A stretch of DNA of 64,000 nt from Clostridia bacterium (GTDB lineage Bacteria; Bacillota; Clostridia; Oscillospirales; CAG-272). A model generated the notes under the pieces. It did no database searches. It was given only the letters and a program-made list of their open reading frames with translations, and had not been told where the DNA came from. The stretch's first letter is position 1. Every line of letters starts with the position of its first letter. Positions 8,905 to 19,600 of this stretch are shown here, piece after piece. Made by a program: the position numbers and the translations under genes. The stretch spans positions 3,416 through 67,415 of the forward strand of contig JAFUOH010000013.1 of the NCBI GenBank assembly GCA_017482055.1, read 5' to 3'.

Positions 8905-9492
8905 TTATTTCAATATTTTTTGATTTGCGTGAGCGTAATAAATCGCGGTTGGAGAATAACTTTTAATGCGTTCCCAATCGTTTTGTAAACTCTCATTAAG
9001 CTCATAACCATCGAGATATTCCATGGGTTCTAAATCGCCAACAAAGCATTCGCCGCTATCCAAGACTAAAGATACGCTATCTTGACTGTGACTTGGGGTA
9101 CTAACGATCTCACCGTTTAACCCGAGGCTCTTGAGGAAAGCTCTGCTTTCTTCGGTACGGATAACTGTTGCATTGTTTATATCAATCGGTTTGTAGTGCA
9201 GCCTTTTATCTCTTTTAAATATCCCGTCTGAAAAATGGACAAAAGACACTTGCGTGTCGATCAAAAGCAACTTGACGTTTTGACTCATAACCTCGCTTAT
9301 CAAGCCAATGTGATCGGGATGATAATGTGTAGCTAATACATAGGTTATATCGGAGAACCTAATATTCTGTTCTTTTATGGCTTTGTAAAAAGAAGATATC
9401 GTGCCTGCATAGTCTGTATCGACAAGCAAGCCGCCGTCTTTTCCACTAATGAAAAAAGTGTTCGTGTTGCCATATTTCAGTTTCGTAACCAT
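8905..9492 (-). CDS. MBL-fold metallo-hydrolase (195 aa)
   Basis: Contains the HxHxDH motif (ATHYHPDHIG). The start is taken at the ATG at 9492, with GGAGG 6 nt upstream. The longer track ORF (to 9609) would overlap the upstream gene. Confidence 0.7.
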   Translation of the reverse strand: MVTKLKYGNTNTFFISGKDGGLLVDTDYAGTISSFYKAIKEQNIRFSDITYVLATHYHPDHIGLISEVMSQNVKLLLIDTQVSFVHFSDGIFKRDKRLHYKPIDINNATVIRTEESRAFLKSLGLNGEIVSTPSHSQDSVSLVLDSGECFVGDLEPMEYLDGYELNESLQNDWERIKSYSPTAIYYAHANQKILK

Positions 9493-9532
9493 AACAAACC
9501 TCCATTCGTCAAATTGGAATTTGGAGAACTGT

Positions 9533-9967
9533 TTACAATCTTTTCTTGAAGCAGATGATACGATTTGCTTCATCAAATCCCATTGCCATATGGAATTTGA
9601 AACTATCAATATTGTCTATCTCACAATCACTGGCAAACTCGCTGCATCCAATTTCTTTTGCCCATATTTCACAAGCTAAAAGGAGCTCTTTTGCATATCC
9701 GTTCTTTCGGTATTCCTCTTTTACGAAAATACCTTCCAAGTAACCCACAGGAGAACTTTCTGTGCCTTCGACATAGTCAGTTCTCAAACCGCATTGCGCA
9801 AATCCTACGGGCAAATCATTTATATACTTGATAAAAAATGCAGATTGCTTGTCATTAAGTGTTTCAGCAAACTCTGCTTCTAATTCATCAACAGTATGAC
9901 TATCCCACATTTGAACAGCCATTTCTGCCAAAACACGACTGTCCCCATTTATTGCTATTCTAACCAT
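9533..9967 (-). CDS. aac(6'): Aminoglycoside 6'-N-acetyltransferase, AAC(6')-I type (GNAT)
   Basis: LRTDYVEGTESSPVGYLEGIFVKEEYRKNGYAKELLLACEIWAKEIGCSEFASDCEIDNIDSFKFHMAMGFDEANRIICFKKRL aligns closely with the AAC(6')-Iy/Ic subfamily as I recall it (IRHDYVNGCDSSPVVFLEGIFV...GCREMASDT..EN..S...H.ALGFEE.ERV..YRK). Confidence 0.85.
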   Translation of the reverse strand: MVRIAINGDSRVLAEMAVQMWDSHTVDELEAEFAETLNDKQSAFFIKYINDLPVGFAQCGLRTDYVEGTESSPVGYLEGIFVKEEYRKNGYAKELLLACEIWAKEIGCSEFASDCEIDNIDSFKFHMAMGFDEANRIICFKKRL

Positions 9968-9979
9968 TGAAACACCTCA

Positions 9980-10022
9980 TCAAATTCTTATTTTCCTAAC
10001 TGTTCGACCTATTGGAATTTGT
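9980..10022. repeat. 43-bp cassette-junction repeat, copy 2
   Basis: Identical to 8862-8904. It lies between the stop of the Lnu-like gene and the start of aac(6'). Degenerate or partial copies occur at 7132-7156 (22/25 over the right arm), 9493-9532, 8038-8081 and 10520-10550. Confidence 0.9.
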
Positions 10023-10024
10023 CG

Positions 10025-10519
10025 TTATCTATACTCATTTGGAACTTCGATATGAAATGTCTCACACAATAACTTCACATCATGTACATCATTTTCATCA
10101 AACTCGTATCCGAGATGGAACATTACTTGACTATATGGTTCAATACAGGAAACCTCTATCTCCTCAATTTTTCCTTTACCTGAAAAAATTTCTAACGGAA
10201 AGCAATCCCCCTCATAAAGAATTTCACCTTTGCCTGTATATTCAAAACAATGCAAATCAATAATTCTGTTTTTCGCATCTTCCCATACAGTATGATTCAA
10301 TGTTGTATATTCCATCTTAATTTCATAAAATCCATTAGCTTGTATTATCTCTATAAAATTCTGATAATCTTTCTTTTCTACAAAAATATCAATATCGTTA
10401 TGGCTTCTTGACTGATGTCCAAGAAGTGCATCTACACCCCAGCCGCCATCAAGAAAGACTTTAATCTCCGCATCTATTGCGAATTGAAGAATCTGTCTTA
10501 CATCTGTTATATTGACCAT
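10025..10519 (-). CDS. lnu: Lnu(A)/ANT(2'')-family nucleotidyltransferase, most like lincosamide nucleotidyltransferase Lnu(A)
   Basis: 164 aa. FLDGGWGVDALLGHQSRSHNDIDIFV matches the Lnu(A)/AadB nucleotidyltransferase motif (W.DGGWGVD.L.G.Q.R.H.DIDI). The C-terminal CIEPYSQVMFHLGYEFDENDVHDVKLL parallels Lnu(A). Confidence 0.75.
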   Translation of the reverse strand: MVNITDVRQILQFAIDAEIKVFLDGGWGVDALLGHQSRSHNDIDIFVEKKDYQNFIEIIQANGFYEIKMEYTTLNHTVWEDAKNRIIDLHCFEYTGKGEILYEGDCFPLEIFSGKGKIEEIEVSCIEPYSQVMFHLGYEFDENDVHDVKLLCETFHIEVPNEYR

Positions 10520-10557
10520 CTTATCATCCTCACAAATTCTTATTTATCGGTGAGTTT

Positions 10558-10586
10558 ATTATATCATAAAAATGTGAAATTTTCAA
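10558..10586 (-). promoter_or_regulatory. SigA-type promoter of the resistance operon
   Basis: The minus strand reads TTGAAA-17nt-TATAAT, about 35 nt upstream of the lnu-like ATG. Confidence 0.6.
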
Positions 10587-10629
10587 TCAGTTCTGAATTA
10601 TATCTTAACTTTCAATTTCTCTTATGTAA

Positions 10630-10653
10630 GGCAACAGTACAATGTCTGTTGCC
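10630..10653 (-). terminator. Hairpin downstream of the giant ORF (possible terminator)
   Basis: GGCAACAG-8nt-CTGTTGCC, 34 nt after the stop at 10687. The U-tract is weak. Confidence 0.4.
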
Positions 10654-10686
10654 CGCACGTCTTATTTTCACCGTGCAATCTGACCG

Positions 10687-13600
10687 TTATCTGTCGGTAC
10701 GATCAGATCTCGTTCTGCTGTTCTCGTCGCGCTCATCCTCGCTCTGCTCCTCTGCGCCGTCAACGATCTCGTTCTCTCGCTTATCCATATTCAGCTCAGC
10801 ATTGAGTTCTGCAAGTCGCTTGCATTTTTCCTCAAGCTCTGCTTCTCTTGCAAAGGGTTTAGCGATCTCCGCCTTCGCGTTCTCGACCTGCTTATGCAGT
10901 TCTTCAAGCTGAAGCTCACAGCCCTGCTTTCGCTTTTCAAAGGCTTCGATAGCATTGTCAAGACGGATAATGATACCGTTAGCATCTTGTCCGAGTGGAA
11001 CTTTGTGAAAGAGTTTTCCTCGCAAATTGATAAAGAACTCTCTACCAAAGGTATCAAATCCAATCTCCATTTTGAAACCACGATATTCACCAAGAGGTCT
11101 TTCGTCGGGCGAGTTGATGCGCTCACATACAGCGAGGATCGCCTTACCCGCTTCTGCCTTTTCGGTATAGGTCGTGCCCATAACTTCCATCGGGGAGAAT
11201 CCGTTTTCATTCGGGAACGTGGAGTTCTTTGCGGTTTCAATATCCTCGATCAAGCACTTAATTCTCTCCTCTTGGTCGGCAATATTCCTCGGGAACTTCT
11301 TGATAAGAGCGTCCTCAAGGCTGTACCTCTGACTCAAGTGATCTGCCTTTTGAAGCTTCAGTTTTGCAACGTCGGCATCAAGCTGCATCTTCTCCATAAT
11401 CTTCGGATTGCCGCTTGCAAGAGCCTTGATCTCCGCATAGGATAGGGCGGTCTCGTCCACGTCCTCTGCACTTCTTACCGGAGATTTACTCGTCATAATC
11501 TGCGAAATAAACTTCTGTTTGCTCTCAAGAAGCTGATAGGAATAGGCGTCGAAGGTTCCCTCCGTAACGTAACGGTAAAGGTCAACCTCGGGGTTGGAGT
11601 TTCCTTGTCGGACAATTCGACCTGCTCTCTGTTCAAGGTCAGCGGGTCTCCACGGAACGTCAAGGTCGTGAAGTGCAATGAGTCTCTGCTGCACGTTTGT
11701 GCCGGCTCCCATCTTGAAGGTTGAACCCATAAGCACTCTGACTTGTCCACGGCGAACCTTGGCAAAAAGTTCTTTCTTCTTTGTGTCGGTATCTGCCGCG
11801 TGAATGAAAGCGATCTCCTCGGGCGGTATTCCCCGCTCAATGAGTTTATTTCTGATGTCATCATAAACATTGAAGCTGCCGTCATCCTTCGGTGTGGAAA
11901 GGTCGCAGAACACAAGCTGTGCCGCCTTTTTATCCGCATACTTTTCCCAAATCTCGTAGATGTTCTGAACGCAAGTGTTGACCTTACTTCCATCATAATC
12001 TCCAAGACCAATATCGACAAGTCGCTGATCAAGTGCAGCCTTTCGTCCGTCGTTTGTGATGAGAAGCATATTGTCCTCTGTTGAGCTTACCATACGGTTG
12101 TGAACCCTTTCGGCTCTCTCCGCAAAGGACTCAACGAGTTCTTTCTGCTCCTCACTTGCTTCGACCTTGACGATGTGGTAGTGCGCTTCGGGTACGGGAA
12201 GTTTGAGCATATCTGCGGTCTGAATGTCCGCCGTCTGCTTAAACATTGCCATCAGCTCGGGGATGTTAAAGAACTTTGCAAAGCGTGTCTTTGCTCGGTA
12301 TCCGCTACCATCGGGTGCAAGCTCTATTGCCGTTACCGTCTCGCCAAAGGTCGATGCCCAAGCATCAAAATTGAGAAGTCCGCGCAACTGAAGCTCATCG
12401 TACTGAAGGTATTTCTGCATCGTGTAAAGCTCTACCATCGTATTGGAGATAGGCGTACCCGTTGCAAACACACAACCCTTTCCTCCTGTCAGTTCGTCAA
12501 GATAACGACACTTCATATAGAGGTCGGAGGATTTCTGTGCTTCGGTCTGTGAGATACCTGCTACGTTTCGCATCTTGGTATATGCCGCGAGGTTCTTATA
12601 GAAGTGTGCCTCGTCCACAAACAGACGGTCAACGCCAAGCTCCTCAAAGGTCACGACGTCATCCTTTCGGCTTTGGTCATTGAGCTTTGCAAGTTTTGTC
12701 TCGATCTGCTTTCTCGCTTTGGCGAGCTGCTTGACGGTTACTCTGTCTCCTCTTGATGCTTGGATCTCCTCAATACTTTGCAGTATTTGGTCACGCTCAT
12801 TGTTAAGCGTTTCGATCTGTCTCTCAAGGGACATCGGGATCTTCTCAAACTGTGAGTGACCGATGATAACAGCATCGTAGTCACCCGTAGCAATTCTTGC
12901 ACAGAACTTCTTACGGTTTTTGGTTTCAAAGTCTTTCTTGGTAGCGACAAGGATATTTGCGCTCGGATAGAGTTGCAGATATTCACTTGCCCACTGTTCA
13001 ATAAGATGGTTGGGAACAACAAACATACTCTTGTTACAGAGTCCGAGTCTCTTGCTCTCCTGCGCCGCCGCAACCATCGTAAAGGTCTTACCTGCACCGA
13101 CAACGTGTGCAAGGAGTGAGTTACCGCCGTACATAATTCTTGCCACGGCATCGCTCTGATGCTTTCTCAAGGTAATCTCGGGGTTCATACCAAAGAACTT
13201 GATGTGGCTACCGTCAAACTCACGGGGGCGAATACTGTTGAAACGCTCGTTATAGAGCTTACAAAGTCTCTCTCGCCTTGCCGGGTCTTTCCATATCCAC
13301 TCGTCAAACGCTCTCTTGATCTGCTCCTGCTTACCTTGTGCAATTGCAGTTTCCTTTTTGTTGAGGACTTGCTTTTTGTTTCCGTTCTCGTCAATCGGGT
13401 AATCAAAGATACGCACGTCCTTGAGGTTCAAGCTCTCCTCGATGATCTCATAACCGTTGATTCGATGAGTACCGTAAGCGTTTACCGCCTTGACATTTCC
13501 TCTGTCTCTTGTCTTATTGGTTATGACCCATTGTGAGGTCTGCGGAATGAATTTGACCTCGATAAGCCTTCTCATATAGAAAGGCGTTCCGAGCAATTCG

Positions 13601-16600
13601 TGGACGAAATCTTGAATATCCTCTTGCGGTATCCAAGTGGAACCGAGTCGTACACCGATCTCGGCAGCACTCAGATCTTCGGGCTGTACCTTCTCAAGTG
13701 CTTCTACGTTATCCGCAAATGCGGGGTCTGCTTCGGCTTTCCATTTGGCTTCCTTGAGCTTTTCTCGCACGTTACCCGAAAGGTATTCGTCAGCCATAAG
13801 GTAAGGTCTTGCGCCGATCTTTTCGCCGTGCTCGGGGTTGCGGAAGATAACGCCCTTGAGGTCGGAGAACAATTCCTCCTCGCTCTTGCCCGTCAGTTCG
13901 CTCATATACTCCATATCCACCATAGCTCGCTCACCCATAGAGAGTGCAAGAGCTTCGCTTGCCGTGTCCACTCGGTCAACCGTGACCTGCGGCTTGATGG
14001 TTCGCTTGGTGAACATATCCGCCTTTGCTTTGAGTTCCTTGTTTTCATCAAGTATCTCAAGAGAACAAAGGAGGAAATAGGAGTTATCGTCGCTGAACAC
14101 CATCGCGTTTCCTCGGCTATTGATAAGTCCATACTTTGCAGTAAACTCATCATACTGCTTATTGAGTTTCGCTTGGAGTTCTTTGATCTCGCTCTCGGGG
14201 TAATCCTCAAGCTGCGCTTCGATCAGAGCCTTCACCGTGTCTCGGATACCGATCATACCCTTGATACGGTTCTCGCCCGTTACCGAAGTCTCGACGGGGT
14301 TCATAACGCTGTTCTGTCGGTAGTACACCTTTCCGTCTACAATCGTAAAGGAAAAGTTCTTCACGGTCGGGTCTGCGGGAATGGATTTGTCCTCTGTTCC
14401 CTCTGTCAGTTCGTCAAGCTCAACCTCGCTGATCTCTGCGTGGATATTGCTGATTGCTTCTGTCAAAAGCTCTCCGAGATCTTCGTCCTCATAAGGCTTG
14501 CAGGTGGGTTCTGGTCCATAGGGACCGGAACGCATCACTACCTCACCGAGCACCATATCGGGGTGGTCGATAAAGTATTGGTTCATCTTGATTCCGTTTT
14601 CATCGGTTCCAAGGTGTACCCAATCCTCGTCTCTCTCGATAATTCGATCTCGCTTTTGGAGGAAGATAATATCCGACACGACCTTGTTCGCGCCTGCTCC
14701 GTCAAAGGTATTGTTGGGCAGACGGATAGCACCGAGGAAGTCGGCTCTCTGCGAGATATACTTTCTGACAGACGAGTTCTCTTTGTCAAGAGTACCCGAG
14801 CTTGTGATGAAAGCGATCACACCACCGGGGCGAACCTTATCCAAGGTTTTCGCAAAGAAATAGTCGTGAATGAGGAAGTTGTACTTGTCGTACTTCTTGT
14901 CAAGGAGCTTGAAATCATTGAACGGCACGTTACCGATTGCAACATCAAAGAAGCTATCGGGGAAATGAGTTTTCTCATATCCGTCGATGGTGATACCATT
15001 CTTCTGATAGAGCTGCCTTGCAATTCTACCCGAAAGGCTATCAAGCTCAACACCGTACATCTTGGCATCCATACTCTCTGGGATAAGACCCATAAAGTTA
15101 CCGACACCGCATGAAGGCTCAAGCACGTTTCCTCTCTTAAATCCCATATTCTCAAGAGCGCTATACATCGCCTTGATAACAACGGGCGGCGTATAAAAAG
15201 CCGTCAAAGTCGATTCTTTGGCGGCTTCATATTCTTCGGGAGAGAGTGTGGTGTAAAGCTCGGTAAACTCCGAGTGCCAATTATCTTTGGTCTCATCAAA
15301 GGCATCGGCAAGACCGCCCCAACCCGAATACTGTGCAAGTATCTCTTGCTCCTCGGGTGTTGCCAAACGGTTATCGAACTCAAGCTCGTGCAAGAGGTTG
15401 ATCGCCGCGATGTTCTTTCGGAACTTCTCTTTTGCTCCACCCATTCCGATCTCGTTATCGGTAATGCGGTAGTTGTGCTTTTCGCTATCGGGTATCTCAG
15501 GATGCGTGTTATACACGGGCAAAGTCTTTCTCGGCTTTTCCTTCTCGACAAGCTGCGGAATACCCATTCCGTATTTCTCATTGTACTGTTCAATAAGATC
15601 ATCCGAAACCGAAATCAGCGCATCAAACACAAGATTGTTCAGCTCGTATTCGATCAGATCGTGAAGTGAATCATATTTGCTTACCTCTACGATGTCATCG
15701 GCAAGGTATTTCTCAATCTTGAAATCCACAAGGTTTACGACAACTTGGATGGGAATTTCATCATCGGTAATAGTCGTATAACCGATACCGATGTTTGTCA
15801 GATCGGAAAAATCCACCGATTCGGAATTGTACTCCTCAGCACAATAATCCTCAATGAGCTTCTTTGCGACCTCAAGCTCGGTCGGTTCCCTACTCGGTAC
15901 TCGCTCGATGTGTGGCTCTGCTTTTTCGGCTCTGTCGGCTGCTCTTTCCTCGGGGGGTCTGTCATCGTTCAGTATCGGATATCTTGAGAACAGAAGGCTG
16001 ATATTGCCCTTATCCAAATACTTTTCAAACTCATAGCGATCCATACTGACCGCTTCTTGCCCGGGTTCACTCGGCATCGTATACCAAATGTCGTGCTCGT
16101 CTATGCGCTCGATCTCAAGGTGAACTCCGTCTTTTCCCTCAAAGGAGGCAAATAGCGTGTCACCCTCGTGGTACTCTTTACCGTTTTCGGTAGTAAAGAT
16201 ATTGGCTTCGGCAAAACCGTTAACCCTCTGAAAACCATTGAGATCTTTCAAAGCTTCGCTATGCTCGGCATAACGGAAGATCTGACCGTTACTTCCGATG
16301 AACTGTCCCGTGACATTATCAAAAATGCCTTGGATGCCACCTTCAAACGGCAGACGCCGGAGTGAGAAACGATGGGTAACCTCTCCCTTAAGACGAGGTT
16401 TCTCCACCTGCTCAAGTTCTTCCGCAATGGAGATAAGCTCCTCTCTTGCTTCTGTACCAAAGCCGTGGTAGTAATACTCATCCAATAAGAAACGCTTTGC
16501 AACATCATGGAAGTCCTCATCACCGACATCAACAAGTGTCTGCCTTGCTTCGGAACCGAGCTTATCAAAGAATACGCTGTAATCCTCATTCTCCTTGAGC

Positions 16601-19600
16601 GCGATGATCTGCTCAAAGGTGACTACGTTCTCAACAAACTGTCCACCTGCTGTGCTATCGGGATTAAAATAGAGCCAAGTTACCTCGCCCTTTTCTTCGT
16701 CCACATAGAAACGGTCATCGCTGAAGCGATACTCATACAAGCGCAGTATTTCTTTTCCATCAGCGGGTAAGATCTCCGCGATCTCCTCGTCGGTGTAGCT
16801 CTGATTGGCTTTCGGCTTTTCCTTGATTGCAAACTCCTTATCTTCCTCTGCGATAACCACCTTAAAGCCTTTATCTTGGAGCTTTTGCAGATACTTATCC
16901 AAGGTGTGATAAGGAAATCCGCACATAGGAACTCTTGTAGGTCTGTCGGGTACGCTTCTGCCCGTAAGTGTAAGCTCAAGGGCGTCGGATGCTTCTACTG
17001 CATCTTGGTCAAGAAGCTCATAGAAGTCTCCTACTCGGATAAGCGCCATTCGGTCGGGATAGTGAGTTTTCGTAATCGTAAATCTTTCCCAAACATCGGT
17101 CTTTGCGGGAATGGAAAGTTTTTCAACGTCGCTCTCCAAAAGGATTTCTTCTGCTTCTTCATCTTCATTCATAAGAGAAGCGAAAATCTCCTCGGTTCTC
17201 TGCTCGTGCTCGATCTGCGGCAAGATCTTTTCAATCTCACTCTTACAACGGTCAAAGCTATCAAGGTACTGATTTGCATTGCGGTGACGTCTCATATCAA
17301 TAAGTCTGTCATTCTCGATGGCAGACTCAAGACCCGTAACATACCCCAAGATATTCGGGATAGAGGTCTTTTTGAGTATCTTTTCGGGTATGCGCTTTGC
17401 CTGCTCTTTGCACCATTGGTAGGTCTCATTCGATTGATAGATCGCAAGTGCTACCTTTGCAGCTTCACGGATAAGATCTGCATTTGCCACAAAGTTTTGC
17501 GGCACTTCGGGCGGTATCTCGCGGTCGAAAATATCGGGGAGATTATCTTCTCCGACAAGCTCAAGAATCTGTCGGCGGTAAGATATGATATGGTTACGAA
17601 CCAAATTCATATTGACGCCATCTTCCCAAAAGGGATCGCCCGAACCTTCGGCTTTAATCTGATTCCACCTTGCGTAAGACTCCTCCATCTTTGCCACAAG
17701 TGCATCAACCGACGGCTCGTTCTTTTTACCCTTGCGCGTCTGCTTAGGCGGTGTTCCCGGCTTCGGCTTTTCCTCCTTAAACTCTACCTTTGGAGCAGGT
17801 CGGGGTTCTTTCAGAAGTCCGTCATTCAGCGGGTTTTCACGGATACGCTTAAGGAAGGTATCAAGCTCCATTTCAAGAGGAATGAGTGTACCGTCAAAGA
17901 GCTCCACCTTATCTCCTGCAAGTGACAAAATCTCATATTCGTCCTTGCCGATGTGTACGGTCACACCAAGGTGCAGATCGTACTCTGTGTCGGGTAATTC
18001 TTCGATGATAGGCTCGTTTACCTCTGCGACGGGTTCTTGCACTACTTCCTTCTTCTCGGGCGCAAAGGGCGTTTTCTTGCGGTAGGGAGAGCCGGGAAAC
18101 AGATTATATCTGCCCTCGGAATAATCCTTTACGGTATCAAGGGTTTGCTTATCTCGGTTATAACTTTCCGTGCCCGGGAACTGTTTGTCCAAGGCTTCTT
18201 GCATCATATCTATGATCTCAAGCAAGCGGTCTTTATTCTCGATCTGTTTTGCAATATCGTTGACAGCAATCCAAAAATCTGTCGTTTTATAAACGTCATA
18301 AGGATAACGCACGTCAAGCATCTTGTCCGAATAGAAGTTTTTGATCTTCCAACCAATATCCTTCCTTTCGTAGCTATCCATTTCGGCTTTGTCCTCATCG
18401 GACAGATATACGCCTTTACGGATAAGCTCGTCGATACGCTTTGCCACCTGCGACCATTTAAGGTGCATACCCGTGTTACCGCTACGAAGTCCACCGTAGA
18501 TCACCCAACCTTTAGGACTATGGTCATCCCCGATTCTACCGCCCGAGGAACCTCCCGTACCGAAACTGTCCGAAAGATGCTTGGCTCTTTTGGTGTTATC
18601 TTTCTCTCTCAAGAAGAAAGAATAATGCTTGAGTTTGGTATCCGTTCCTTTTTCAAGTAGCGCCGCATCGAACTTGTCTTGTGTGACAAACTGCTTGGGA
18701 GGGAGAATATACGGGTCTGCTTCGGGAAAATCGATAGGCTCTCTTAGGTGCATTTCCAAGTAAGACATATACTGCTCTGCGTTTTCCAAATAGCGAAAAC
18801 GCGGAGGATATTTTTCAAGCAAAGGCATTCTTGCTCTCAATTCTCTTACTTGCTGTGCTCCCTTTTCGGGATCGTTCAAATTCTTCGCAAATAACTCTCT
18901 CGCCTCGTAATACATCAAGTTCGGCTTAAGCCAAAACTTTTGCTCGTCGGGGATCTCTCCAAACACATCGCCAAGCAAGGTGCGAACCTTATCCGAGATA
19001 AGATCACACCATACCTCTTTTGCCTTTTCTGCTTCTTGCTGTGAGAGATATTGACCCAAGTTCATCAGTTCTCTGACTCGCTTGTCAACAATATCCCAAG
19101 GTATCAGCACGGAACTGTATTCCGATACTCTATCTCCGGTAGATATGCGGATACCCGCATCATCCCATTTAGCGGAATAGTTCTTATCGTTAACCGTAAT
19201 ACCAACACTATCGCTCTGATATTCGCGGCGCAGATAAGGAATCGTTTCTTCGCTGCCTTTGGCTCTGCGATAATACTCATAAATTCGCATATTGCTATTT
19301 CGGGTACAACCGCCAAGCCTTAACAGCTCGTCGATAACCTCCTGCGAGATACGCATCTGACTTGTGCTATCTGCTTTCTCTTGGGGAGTGCTTTCTGCTG
19401 CCGTCTGTACCTCGGGCATATCCATATCAAAGAGAGACATTTGGTGATCTTCCTTGACCACGGGCTTTTCAAGGTAATTCTTATCGGTGATAAGTGCCTC
19501 AACAAGTCTTGTGACAAATGCCCAATCCATACGGTTCTCCGCCGTTCTCGACGTGAAGCTACCCGTATAGAGAAGCAGGCTTTCATCATCGGCTCTGTAA

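Larger units (their letters stand above)
7112..10632 (-). other. AT-rich accessory island: five-gene antibiotic-resistance operon with its own promoter and terminators
   Basis: There is an abrupt, visible drop in GC relative to both flanks. It holds five co-directional genes, repeated junction sequences and a consensus promoter at 10558-10586. Confidence 0.75.

Noticed and set aside
8862-10022. Interpretation of the 43-bp junction repeats as integron attC sites or as a CRISPR array
   Set aside because: No integron integrase is in the window. The unit lacks the paired RYYYAAC / GTTRRRY core sites at its two ends (only an internal CCTAAC-TGTTCG). The spacers between copies are full-length genes, there are only two perfect copies, and no cas genes are present.
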